A stretch of 64,000 nucleotides of DNA from an uncultured Spirochaetaceae bacterium (GCA_964389305.1 CAYMEK010000007.1:12911-76910), one strand, 5' to 3'. Shown: positions 9,205 to 19,200, counted from the first letter of the stretch. Program-made: numbers and translations. The notes: generated by a model from the sequence alone, not told the origin.

Positions 9205-10380
9205 TCACCGCTCCAGAAACCTCGAGAACATCAGATGCTCAATTGGAATAGAGGTCTCCTTGCCCGTTATCATTTCTGTTATCAGCTTCCCCGTAATCGG
9301 AGCAAGCCCGACACCGTCTCCCTCATGACCGGCGGCAATGTAGAACCCCGGCACATCCTTCACTGCAGACACAATCGGAAAATGATCAGGACAATAGGGA
9401 CGCAGGCCGGCATAAGCACGAATCACGTTGATGTCTCTCAACACGGGGAAGAACCGCAGGGCTCTCCTCGCCAATCCCCTCATGACTTCTATTGAAACAT
9501 TCGTATCGTAGCCCACAAAGGCACGACTGCTTCCGACCAGAAAGTTGCCTGCTTGGGTAGGCTCGAAAACGAATGCGATTCCCATTCTTTCCAGATCTGG
9601 ACTGACATTCCGGCGGTAGCTCGAATCTCCAAACTTTGCCATCAAGTAGCCGAACTCGACGATCTTTCTGCTCCCGATTGTGAACGTTCGCTCCGCTACC
9701 AGAAGCTGACCCTGCCGCGGCCGGATAGGTATATCCACGCCCACCATTCTGCCTATGTCCCCTGCCCAAACCCCGGCGCAGTCGACAACGTATTTCGTCC
9801 TGTACTCTTCGTCCACGGTTTGCACCGAACGTACCGCCCCGTCCTTACTGCGGGTGATGCGCCGAACCGGACTGTAGCTGCTGATGACGGCACCCAATTT
9901 CTCGGCTTCGCGGCACAAGCCGAAAGTGAACGCCATGGGGTTGATGGCCGCATCGCAATCGATCTCCACGGCTCCGATGATATCCTCGGCCAGAAACGGT
10001 TCCTGCGCCTGGATCTCATCCTGGCTCAGCATCCTGATCGGATATCCGTCAGCGGCCTGCCGGGCGGCCAGCGCTTCGGCAGCCTTCCACTCCACCTCAC
10101 TCTCGATCAGCAGAACGCTTCCTCGCTCGACGTACTCAAAATCGTAGCTTAGTTCCGCGGCCAGTGTTTTGAAAAGTTTTTGGCTGGCATACGCCATCTG
10201 AGTGTCAATCCCCGGTTGTTTGTCGTGAATCAGAACGTTACCTTCACCGTGGCTCGAGGTCCCCGAAGCGATGTCCCCCCTCTCAAGAACAACGACCCGG
10301 AGGTTTTCCTTGGCGAGGTAGTAGGCGACACAGGCCCCGATCACTCCCGCCCCGATCACTGCCGCGTCAACAGTCCTCAT
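9205..10380 (-). CDS. FAD-dependent oxidoreductase, DAO family (beta-type subunit of heteromeric imino/amino-acid dehydrogenase)
   Basis: ORF 9205..10503 trimmed to MRTVDAAVIGAGVIGACVAYYLA (dinucleotide fold directly at the N-terminus). Overlaps the preceding small Fe-S ORF by 14 nt. Confidence 0.85.
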   Translation of the reverse strand: MRTVDAAVIGAGVIGACVAYYLAKENLRVVVLERGDIASGTSSHGEGNVLIHDKQPGIDTQMAYASQKLFKTLAAELSYDFEYVERGSVLLIESEVEWKAAEALAARQAADGYPIRMLSQDEIQAQEPFLAEDIIGAVEIDCDAAINPMAFTFGLCREAEKLGAVISSYSPVRRITRSKDGAVRSVQTVDEEYRTKYVVDCAGVWAGDIGRMVGVDIPIRPRQGQLLVAERTFTIGSRKIVEFGYLMAKFGDSSYRRNVSPDLERMGIAFVFEPTQAGNFLVGSSRAFVGYDTNVSIEVMRGLARRALRFFPVLRDINVIRAYAGLRPYCPDHFPIVSAVKDVPGFYIAAGHEGDGVGLAPITGKLITEMITGKETSIPIEHLMFSRFLER

Positions 10381-10648
10381 TCTCGACTTCACTAAGTGCT
10401 CCGAAGGTAATGGGTCGTACGGGAGGTCTTTTCGTTGCCGGCTCGATTTCCTCCGGTCTCTTACCCAATTGCCGGCACAGAATCTCTTCGACAAAACGTC
10501 CACAGGAGCGGCCCTGGCACAAACCCATGCCCGCCCTTGTCCTCCTCTTCACGCCGGTAACATCGCGAGCGCCCTCGATGATGGCCCGCTTTATTTCCCC
10601 GAGCGTGATCTCCTCGCACCGGCAGACGTACACCTCATCCTCATGCAT
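10367..10648 (-). CDS. Small (2Fe-2S)-binding protein, BFD-like
   Basis: Trimmed to MHEDEVYVCRCEEITLGEIKRAI...GMGLCQGRSCG. The CxC...CxxxxC pattern is typical of BFD-like [2Fe-2S] domains. Confidence 0.7.
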   Translation of the reverse strand: MHEDEVYVCRCEEITLGEIKRAIIEGARDVTGVKRRTRAGMGLCQGRSCGRFVEEILCRQLGKRPEEIEPATKRPPVRPITFGALSEVENEDC

Positions 10649-10649
10649 C

Positions 10650-11159
10650 TTACCAGCCCCTCTTGATCCCCCGCACACGATCGGCCAGGCCCTGGGGCAC
10701 AGCGATGGTGAGGACTGCTGTTCTATCGTTGCTCTTGGGATTCGAGACCCTCACGACCTTTGCCGGGCATACGGACGCCCCGGCTCTGTTTACGGCCCAG
10801 ACCTCCTGACCTTTTTTCGGCAGAGGTAGAAACTCATACGGGAAGCTGACAGCGGCAAACTCGTCGGAGTATGTCTTATCCACCAGGAAGATTGCCAGAC
10901 CGGGACAGCAGGGCAGGCAGCGACCGCAACCGACACAATCCTCTTCGATCAACACCGGAAGGTTCGTGATGGGCTCGCCCACCCTGATCGCCCCGAATGG
11001 GCACGCTGATTCACAAGGATCGCAAGGAATCTCCTGCGCACACTCTATGACCGCCACCGGCCCGAGCAGGAACCGCTCCTTTGAGGGATAGCCGCTCGAG
11101 CCAACCAGCTCTTCCGTAGTGAGTGAGCCGTTTTCTTCCAGTGACACCTGCACCTCCAC
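10650..11159 (-). CDS. 4Fe-4S dicluster domain protein
   Basis: 169 aa with CDPCESACP and CVGCGRCLPCCP motifs. Confidence 0.7.
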   Translation of the reverse strand: MEVQVSLEENGSLTTEELVGSSGYPSKERFLLGPVAVIECAQEIPCDPCESACPFGAIRVGEPITNLPVLIEEDCVGCGRCLPCCPGLAIFLVDKTYSDEFAAVSFPYEFLPLPKKGQEVWAVNRAGASVCPAKVVRVSNPKSNDRTAVLTIAVPQGLADRVRGIKRGW

Positions 11160-11163
11160 GACT

Positions 11164-12306
11164 CTAACCTGCGGCTTCCGAACCTCGCCTCCTTCTGGAT
11201 CGACGGGCTTGGCAGGACTCGACGATTGCCCGTTTCGCCAAAAGTCTATCCTCCCCGAATGGCCCCAGCCGTAGCCCTTTCAGGCGGCTCCAGAGCTCTT
11301 TTCTGGACTCCGAAGCCTTCTCGGCAGACACATACCCCAGCGAGGCTGCGATCGCCACTCCGGCTATCCTTCCCTCCTCCATGGCCGTGTTGGCTTCCTC
11401 GATTCCGCTGGCATCGCCCGCAACATAAATACCCGGATGTGTAGATTCCATATTCTCATCGTGCAACGGTACCCATCCCCCTAAAAGGGGATGATAAGCG
11501 CATTCACAACCACCCATGCGAGCAAGCTCGGTCAGAGGTTTCAAACCGGCGGCGATTGCGATGGTATCAACTTGAAACACTTTCTCCGATCCGCTAATGG
11601 GTCGCCATCTCTCATCAACGCGACAAACCACCGCTTCCTCCACTGCCTCATGACCTCTGGCTTCCAAGACTGCCTGAGAGGTGTGGATCGGCACCCCGAC
11701 CCTTCTGATCTTGGCGGCGTGGACTCCGTACCCCTTGACGTAAGGAGCCGCTTCGACAACGGCAGCCACTTCGGCTCCGGCCTGCAGAAGCTGATACGAG
11801 ACGATCAGTCCGACGTTTCCCGAGCCGATCATCAGAACCCTCTTCCCTGGCAGGACCCGGTGCACGTTGATCAGGGTTTGGACCGCACCTGCGCCCATCA
11901 CGCCGGGCAATGTCCAGCCTGCAAACCTGACGGCGTTCTCGGATCCACCGGCCGCGATAACCACCTTTTGCGCCTGTATTACCTCCACGGTCTGCTCATG
12001 GCCGGCCGTTTCCCGCTTGACGGCCACTTTCTTGTCTTTAAACAATCCTGTCGCCACGCTGCTCAGCCAGGTCTGTACTCCATATCTATCCGCCTCTGCG
12101 AGCAACTGCTCGGCGATATCGAATCCTCTGATTCCCGCCCGGTGCTGCTTGGAGCCGAAGAACTTGTGAATCTGTTTAAACAACTGGCCGCCGGCCTTTC
12201 TGTTCTCATCCACAACCAGGACTTGAGCCCCGCTTCTGCCGGCCTCAATGGCGGCACAGAGACCGGCAGGACCGCCTCCAATAACGAGAACCTCGCAGGA
12301 GGTCAT
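11164..12306 (-). CDS. NAD(P)/FAD-dependent oxidoreductase (alpha-type subunit; OoxA / PDH-alpha / LhpF-like)
   Basis: 380 aa with two Rossmann motifs, VIGGGPAGLCAAIEA and MIGSGNVGLIVSYQL. Confidence 0.85.
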   Translation of the reverse strand: MTSCEVLVIGGGPAGLCAAIEAGRSGAQVLVVDENRKAGGQLFKQIHKFFGSKQHRAGIRGFDIAEQLLAEADRYGVQTWLSSVATGLFKDKKVAVKRETAGHEQTVEVIQAQKVVIAAGGSENAVRFAGWTLPGVMGAGAVQTLINVHRVLPGKRVLMIGSGNVGLIVSYQLLQAGAEVAAVVEAAPYVKGYGVHAAKIRRVGVPIHTSQAVLEARGHEAVEEAVVCRVDERWRPISGSEKVFQVDTIAIAAGLKPLTELARMGGCECAYHPLLGGWVPLHDENMESTHPGIYVAGDASGIEEANTAMEEGRIAGVAIAASLGYVSAEKASESRKELWSRLKGLRLGPFGEDRLLAKRAIVESCQARRSRRRRGSEAAG

Positions 12307-12629
12307 TACCCCTCTCGCTTGCAGGAAGAGCCACGCTGGGTCTGTATGACCATTCCTTCCTCAACCTGCGTAACACAGGTCCGCACATTGGGAACCCCAT
12401 TCACGACCATGACGCAGTCCGTACATTGTCCAATCCCGCAGAATATCCCGCGAGGCTCTCGTCTGTTGGTCGTATAGCGATGGACTCGTATGCCGCCCGC
12501 CAGCAGCGCCGCGGCGATCATCTCTCCCTTCCTCGCCTGCAGTCGCCTTCCATCCACACTGATATTCACAAGCTCCACCGATCCTTCCGGTCCCAGAATC
12601 GGGTGATCGGTAATCCTGTTCCCCGACAT
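12306..12629 (-). CDS. Small (2Fe-2S)-binding subunit (HcnA / sarcosine-oxidase-alpha N-terminal type)
   Basis: ORF trimmed to MSGNRITDHPILG (GGAGAGAG upstream) and contains FCGIGQCTDCVMVVNG. First gene of the minus-strand cluster. Confidence 0.75.
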   Translation of the reverse strand: MSGNRITDHPILGPEGSVELVNISVDGRRLQARKGEMIAAALLAGGIRVHRYTTNRREPRGIFCGIGQCTDCVMVVNGVPNVRTCVTQVEEGMVIQTQRGSSCKREG

Positions 12630-12861
12630 GCCAGACTCTCTCCGCCTCGCCGTTTGCCCCGCAACTATTACCAGTGTACCACCGGCATATAGAATGAAAC
12701 TTAAGCTTCGACTCGGTTTTTGGCACAATCCCGTCTGAAATCAATCCGCCAGGCCCCGATCCCGGGCTGCACCTTTTGCGGTTTGCGCGATCAGGCCAGC
12801 CGCAAAAGCCTCTCTGGAGTCCATCCAGTTCGGCGAGACTCTCGGTGAGTCACAGCTCACC

Positions 12862-12890
12862 TTGCAATTGGGCCGCGATTGTCCTACCAT
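12862..12890 (+). promoter_or_regulatory. Candidate sigma70 promoter for the AraC/PAS regulator
   Basis: TTGCAA (12862-12867), 17-nt spacer, TACCAT (12885-12890). About 30 nt upstream of the GTG start. Confidence 0.3.
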
Positions 12891-12926
12891 GCTCACAAAG
12901 CATGAAAGCCTAATCGGGGCCTGGAC

Positions 12927-13718
12927 GTGGACACAACATCTTCACTGAAGTTACATGAGAGGGCGGTCGCAGGATTGACTTCAGAAGATATCGACGACAT
13001 TCGAGGCATATTCCTTCTGCCGGTGATCGAGGAGCTGTTCGATCCCGTCTCCGACATCGTTTTCTTTGTAAAGGACCGGAAGGCCAGATACATCGCCGTA
13101 AACAGGACCCTAGTCCAACGCTGCTCTCGCAATTCGAAATCCGAGCTCCTTGGGAAGACTACTTTGGAGGTTTTTCCCGCTCCAATGGCTGAAACCTACC
13201 ACGAGCAGGATAAACGCGTGCTGAAAAACGGTACTGAAGTACTGGATCGGCTCGAGCTCCATCTCTACATCAAAGGGAAACCCGGATGGTGTATCACCAC
13301 GAAGCAGCCGCTGCGCAGCAGCAGCGGGAATATTATCGGCCTGGTTGGGATCTCGAAGGACATTCACGTGCAAGACGTGCGCGAAGAAGATTTCAGAGAG
13401 CTGGCCAGAGCGGTGGAATACATCCAGACGCACTACGACAGGCACTTGAATATTCAATCCCTCGCCCGGATGTGCGGGCTGTCCGTCTACCAGTTGGAGC
13501 AGCGGATGAAACGGCTGTTCGGTCTGACGGCCGGCCAATTCATCATCAAGACGCGAATCCAGGTAGCGTGCGATGTTTTACGTTCTACCGACGCCTCGAT
13601 CGTTAAAGTCGCCCTGGACACCGGTTTTTCCGATCAAAGCGCCTTTACGCGCCAATTCAAGGTCACCACCGGTATGACGCCCACCCAGTACAGAGAAGAG
13701 CAACTCAGAGAGGGGTAG
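12927..13718 (+). CDS. AraC-family transcriptional regulator with N-terminal PAS-like sensor domain
   Basis: 263 aa with a GTG start. C-terminal double HTH (LARMCGLSVYQLEQRMKRLFG ... ALDTGFSDQSAFTRQFKVTTGMTPTQYR). Divergent from the catabolic cluster. Confidence 0.85.
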   Translation: MDTTSSLKLHERAVAGLTSEDIDDIRGIFLLPVIEELFDPVSDIVFFVKDRKARYIAVNRTLVQRCSRNSKSELLGKTTLEVFPAPMAETYHEQDKRVLKNGTEVLDRLELHLYIKGKPGWCITTKQPLRSSSGNIIGLVGISKDIHVQDVREEDFRELARAVEYIQTHYDRHLNIQSLARMCGLSVYQLEQRMKRLFGLTAGQFIIKTRIQVACDVLRSTDASIVKVALDTGFSDQSAFTRQFKVTTGMTPTQYREEQLREG

Positions 13719-13797
13719 AGGCTCGTACGACCACCGATCCCTGGCCGGACCGTAAGTATCTGGGCGGCCTCCAGGCCCCGTCCTTTTATTCCTGGCG

Positions 13798-14727
13798 TCA
13801 TTTTTCCGCCAGGGTGTCGATGATGTTGCGCACCGCCGCCACGGTGGCCCGCTCCACACTCTCCTCGGTGTAAGCTCCGATATGGGGCGTAGCAATAACC
13901 CGCTCGTGCCTGGCCAGGCTGTACTCCTCCGGCGGCTCTTTCTCCCACACGTCCGTGGCCACGCCGGCCAGGCGTCCCTCCTCCAGGGCCGCCAGCACCG
14001 CCCGGTCGTCGATCAGGCTGCCCCGGGCCGTATTAATCAACAGGACGCCGCTCTTCATTCGCGAAAGCACCTCCTCGGTGATGATCGCCGAGCCGTCGGG
14101 GCTGGCCGGTCGGTGCAGGCTGATCACGTCGGCCTCCCCGATTACCTCTTCCAAGGGGGCCCAGCGGAAGCGGTTGGATGGGGCGAAATCTTTATCCGGA
14201 TTTCTACGGTAGGCCAGGACGTTCATGCCGATTCCGAGGGCTCGCTTCGCCGTCTCCTCTCCTATCCGGCCGCACCCGATCAAGCCCAGCGTACGACCCT
14301 CCAGCTCGAAGCCCCGCCACCGTTCCCAGGCCTGTTCCTTGAGCCGGCGGTCGTGGAGGGCGATCGCCCTGGCCAAAGCGTACATCAGGGCGATGGTAAG
14401 CTCGGCCACACCCTTGGCGTTTGCTCCTTCGGCGGCGCAGACCGCAATTCCCCTGGCCCGGGCGGCCTGCAGATCGATGTTGTCGACGCCGCTGCCGTTC
14501 CTGGAGATCACCTTCAGGATGTCGGCTGCTTCCAAGGCTTTGGCGCTGACCTTCTCGACACCCGCCAGGTAACCGATACAGCCGGGCAGCAGCCCGACCA
14601 GCTCCTTTTCGGTAGGCTGGCGCCCGGGCGTGCAGAAGACCACCTCGTAGCCCGCCTGGCGCAGAAGATCCAGGGAGGGATGACCGCTTCTGGTCAGCGA
14701 TCTTGGTGTTACGAGAACCTTGACCAT
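13798..14727 (-). CDS. D-isomer-specific 2-hydroxyacid dehydrogenase family (PGDH/GyaR-like)
   Basis: 309 aa with NAD fold GLIGCGRIG, and the NTARG and TPHIG catalytic regions. AAAGGAG RBS upstream. Confidence 0.9.
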   Translation of the reverse strand: MVKVLVTPRSLTRSGHPSLDLLRQAGYEVVFCTPGRQPTEKELVGLLPGCIGYLAGVEKVSAKALEAADILKVISRNGSGVDNIDLQAARARGIAVCAAEGANAKGVAELTIALMYALARAIALHDRRLKEQAWERWRGFELEGRTLGLIGCGRIGEETAKRALGIGMNVLAYRRNPDKDFAPSNRFRWAPLEEVIGEADVISLHRPASPDGSAIITEEVLSRMKSGVLLINTARGSLIDDRAVLAALEEGRLAGVATDVWEKEPPEEYSLARHERVIATPHIGAYTEESVERATVAAVRNIIDTLAEK

Positions 14728-15019
14728 ACCCGACTCCTTTCGTTCGTGCCCTGCTGACGCTCCCCGCCCTGCGAGAGATCGCGACGTTAACGATCAAGGA
14801 CCGGGGAAGCTTCCAGTTCATCTTAAAAAAGATTTTCCCGTTGTCAATAGATCACGGTGCGTGCGTAGGGCCTCTAACCTATACGGCCTATTGACCTTTT
14901 ATTGATAAAGCTATTAGCTTTTTTAAAAGTCAAGGTAAATGCATTCGCAGGGATTTGCTCGCGCCAGGGAGCCATTTCTTCACTTCGCGTCTTGAAACCC
15001 GGCGGATCGTGATCACCCT

Positions 15020-16228
15020 ATGTTGAAGCGGATCGAGACGCTCAAAGCTTTTTACTCCTCGATGCAGGAAAGCAAAGCGATACGCGCCGCTTTAGCCGCC
15101 CAGGTCCTGGCCGGAAGCCCTCCGGAGGCGGCGGGCATCGGCAAGCTGCGCTCTCTGCTCGCCGCTCTGAACGATATACCGAAGGACAACGGCTGCTCCA
15201 TGCTGCGGGCCGGCGAAAAGATGCTGGCGCTGAAGCTGGACTACGAGATCGGCGAGCTGGAGAAGGACCTGCTGTTTCTCGAGAAGGGGGAGCAGGCCTT
15301 GCTCGCCTGCTTCGAGCGGTTGCACCCGGGCTTTTCCGAGCAGCTTCGCGCAGGGAGGGATTTTTTCGGGACCCAGGGGCGAGGCCGCCGTTTCCGAAAC
15401 TTCATCAGCGACCGCGACGGGACCGTCAATAACTACTGCGGCCGCTATCTCTCTTCGATCCAGTCGGTCTACAACGCTGTATTCCTGTCCCATCTCGCCC
15501 TGGGGGCGGCCGTCAATTCGGTCATCCTCACTTCGGCGCCGCTGGCCGATGGGGGCCTGTTGGATATCAGTGTGGCAGCGGATGGTCTGTTCGTCTATGC
15601 CGGCTCCAAGGGCCGGGAGTACCGGGACAGAACAGGTCGGATAGGCCGTTTCCCCATTGACGGGCCGAAGCAGGCCAAACTGGACGAGTTGAACCGCCGG
15701 CTCGGCGAGTTGCTGCAGGAACCGGACTACGAGCCGTTCGCCCTGATCGGCTCCGGCCTCCAGCACAAGTTCGGACAGACTACCGTAGCCCGTCAGGACA
15801 TCTACGGCTCCATCCCCGAAGCCGAGTCCCGGGATTTCATGCAGACGGTATCCGGGCTGATTCGGGAAATCGACCCGGAAGGGCTATATTTCAAAATAGA
15901 GGATACGGGAAAGGATATCGAGATCATCCTGACCGTCGAGGGAGAAGGTGGATTGAAGGACTTCGATAAGGGAGACGGCGTTTCCTTCCTGGACCATGAG
16001 CTCGATCTCGGTCTGAACCAGGGTCCGAACCTTATCTGCGGAGACACCTCTTCTGACCTGCCGATGGTCAGGGCGGCTGCGGTCGCGCCGGAAACCTGGA
16101 CGGTATTCGTAACCCGCGACGAAGGGCTGCGCCGATCGGTGCGGTCCCTCTGCCCGCACTCGCTGTTCGTGAGCGAGCCGGATATCCTGGTAGCCCTGCT
16201 GGACGATCTGGGAAAGGAGGGGCGATGA
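15020..16228 (+). CDS. HAD-superfamily phosphatase, trehalose-phosphatase-like core with a roughly 125-aa N-terminal extension
   Basis: 402 aa with motif I FISDRDGTV and motif IV-like CGDTSSDLPM. Its stop overlaps the next gene's start (ATGA). Confidence 0.6.
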   Translation: MLKRIETLKAFYSSMQESKAIRAALAAQVLAGSPPEAAGIGKLRSLLAALNDIPKDNGCSMLRAGEKMLALKLDYEIGELEKDLLFLEKGEQALLACFERLHPGFSEQLRAGRDFFGTQGRGRRFRNFISDRDGTVNNYCGRYLSSIQSVYNAVFLSHLALGAAVNSVILTSAPLADGGLLDISVAADGLFVYAGSKGREYRDRTGRIGRFPIDGPKQAKLDELNRRLGELLQEPDYEPFALIGSGLQHKFGQTTVARQDIYGSIPEAESRDFMQTVSGLIREIDPEGLYFKIEDTGKDIEIILTVEGEGGLKDFDKGDGVSFLDHELDLGLNQGPNLICGDTSSDLPMVRAAAVAPETWTVFVTRDEGLRRSVRSLCPHSLFVSEPDILVALLDDLGKEGR

Positions 16229-19200
16229 GCAACACAAGATTCTGCTGCGAGGGGGCGATCTTCGACCTGGATGGGGTCATCACCCAGACGGCCAAGGTCC
16301 ATTTCAAGGCCTGGAAGCAGACCTTCGACGAGTACCTTGCCGGCCGCAAAAAGAAAAAAAAGGAACAGCAGCGGGCCTTCGACTACGAGCGGGACTACAT
16401 CCCTTTCGTGGACGGCAAGCCGCGCTATCAGGGCGTCAAGTCCTTTCTCGAATCCCGGGACATCTTTATACCGTTCGGAGAGCCGGCGGATCCGGCGGAC
16501 AAGGAGACGGTGTGCGGGATCGGAAATCAAAAGAACCAGCTCTTCCGGGAGCTGGTCGCCTCCGACGGGGTGGAGATCTACGACTCCACGATCTCGTTCA
16601 TCAAGCAGCTCAAAGAGTCAAAGATAAAAGTCGGAGTGGCCTCATCGAGCATGAACTGCCGCTTCATCCTCGAAAAAACGGGACTGCTAGGCATGTTCGA
16701 TGCGATTATCGGCGGTACCGCCTCCAGAGAGCTGGATCTGAAAGGCAAGCCGGCCCCGGACATCTTCCTGGTGACGGCGGACAATATGGGGGTGCACCCC
16801 AGCTCCTGCCTGCTGGTTGAGGATGCGGTCTCGGGGGTGGAGGCCGGGCGGCGCGGCAACTTCGCCCTGGTCGTAGGCCTGGCCCGCTCGGAAGACGGAC
16901 AGGCCCTGAAAGCTTACGGCGCCGACATTGTGGTCCGCGACCTGAAGGAACTCGCCTTCCGGGACTTCGAGCGCTGGTTCGAAAAGGGATTGGAGCAGGA
17001 TAGCTGGATCCTGAGCTACCACGGCTTCGAGCCCCAGCAGGAGCGTCTGCGCGAGTCCCTGACTACGGTCGGCAACGGCTACTTCGCCACCCGGGGCTGC
17101 ATAGAGATGAATCGCGCCGACGAGGTGGTCCACTATCCAGGGACCTACATCGCCGGGGTGTACAACAAGCTGCCCAGCGTGGTCTATCGCAAGACAATCG
17201 AGAACAACGACCTGGTCAATTGCCCCAACTGGCTGCTCATCGAGGTCAAGATCAACAACGGCAAGTTTCGCAGTCCTCTGGACATGGAAATCTTGAGCTA
17301 CGAGCATACACTGAACATGCACCAAGCCGTGGTGAGCCGGCGCCTGACCTTCAAAGACAAGAAGGGAAGGATTACCACCATTGAGAGTAGCCGGTTCGCC
17401 AGCATGGCCGACGCGCATTTCTGCGCCCTGCGCTTCACGGTCCGGCCCGAGAACTGGAGCGGGAAAATCACTCTGCGTTCCGCGCTGGACGGCACGGTGA
17501 TCAACTACGGGGTCCCCCGCTACCGAGAGCTCAACTCCAGGCATCTGACTCCCATTTCCGTGGGCGAGCGGGAAGGGTGCATCTTTCTGCAGGTGCAGAC
17601 CGTCACCTCCAAGGTCAGGATCTACATGCAGGCCCGCCACAGCCTGCTCGTCGACGGGGAGAAGCTGAGCCGGTCGCGGGAGATCGTTCACGACGTGGGT
17701 CTGGTCTACGAGCAATTTACTTTCCAGGCCGAAGAGGGCAGGAGCTACACACTGGAGAAGATCGTCAGCCTGTTCACGGCCAGGGACCGCGATATCCTCG
17801 ATCCGCAGGCGGCCTCGCAGGACTCCCTGAGCCGGGCCGGCTCCTTTGCCGACCTGCTGGAGTCGCACAAACGGGCCTGGCGGGCCCTGTGGGACAAAGC
17901 CGATTTTCGCATCCAGGGCGACCGCTTCGCCCAGCAGATGCTGCGGCTGCACATCTATCATCTGCTCTGCACGGCCAGCCCCCACAACCGCCATATCGAT
18001 GCCGGGATGCCGGCCCGGGGGCTGCACGGGGAAGCGTACCGGGGGCACATCTTCTGGGACGAGCTGTTCATCTATCCCTTTTACAATCTCCACTTTCCCG
18101 AGATCTCCCGGGCCCTGCTCCTGTACCGCTACCGCCGCCTGGAGGGCGCCCGGGAGTACGCCCACCAGAACGGCTTTCGAGGCTCCATGTATCCCTGGCA
18201 GACCGCGGACAACGGGCAGGAGGAAACCCAAGTCATCCACTTCAACCCCGTTTCGGGCAAATGGGACCCGGACCTGAGCAGCCGCCAGCGTCATGTCTCC
18301 ATCGCCGTGGCCTACACTGTGTGGGAATACTTCTACTGCACCGGCGACCTGGAGTTTCTCAATGAGTACGGGGCGGAAATCCTGGTGCAGACCACCCGCT
18401 TCTGGGCCAGCATCGCCGAGTACGACGAGGCCGACGGGCGTTACCACATACGCGGGGTAATGGGGCCCGATGAGTTCCATGAGAAGCACCCAGATGCCGA
18501 CGAAGGCGGCCTGGCCGACAATGCCTATACCAACATCCTGGCCAGCTGGCTGATGCACAAGACCATCGAGACCCTCGAGTACCTGCCCAAGCAGGACATG
18601 AAAATCCTGGTGGAGAAAACCGGCTTCAAACCGGAGGAGAAGGAGCGCTGGAATGATATCGTGAGCAAGATGAACGTGGTCATCTCTAAGGAGGGGTTCA
18701 TCAGCCAGTTCGACGGCTTCCTCGAGCTCAAGGAGCTGGACTGGGAAGCCTACAGGAACAAGTACGGGAACATCGGCCGCCTGGACCGCATCCTCAAGTC
18801 CGAGGGAGACTCTCCGGACCGTTACCAGCTCTCCAAGCAGGCCGATGTCTTGATGAGCTACTACCTGCTGTCCCCGGGACAGGTCAAGCACATTCTGGAG
18901 CTGATGGGCTACCGGATCGGGAACGAGCTGGAACTGATGCGCAAGAACTACGATTACTACTGCCGGCGGACGAGTCACGGCTCCACCTTGAGCTTCATCG
19001 TTCACTCGGGGATTCTCAAATACCTCGAAGGTCACAAGAACGACATGTGGCAGTGGTTCCTTACCGCTTTGAGGAGCGACGTCGAGGACATCCAGGGCGG
19101 CACCACTCAGGAGGGCATCCACACCGGGGTGATGGGAGGCACGATCGACGTGGTAATGAAGGCCTTCGCCGGGATCAGCCTGTTCAAGGACGCGGTCCAG

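Noticed and set aside
12721-12737. TGGCAC motif (TTTTTGGCACAATCCCGTCTG) as a sigma54 promoter in the AraC/cluster control region
   Set aside because: The -12 element is missing: CGTC lies where TTGC should be. The motif also points toward the AraC-type gene, which has a plausible sigma70 promoter.
16348-16361. A-rich run AAAAAGAAAAAAAA inside the beta-PGM domain (encodes KKKKK) as a slippage or phase-variation site
   Set aside because: It is unusual for this GC-rich DNA, but the reading frame is intact through a 1061-aa protein with both domains in frame. The A8 run is short for efficient slippage, and there is no evidence of alternative products. I noted it only.
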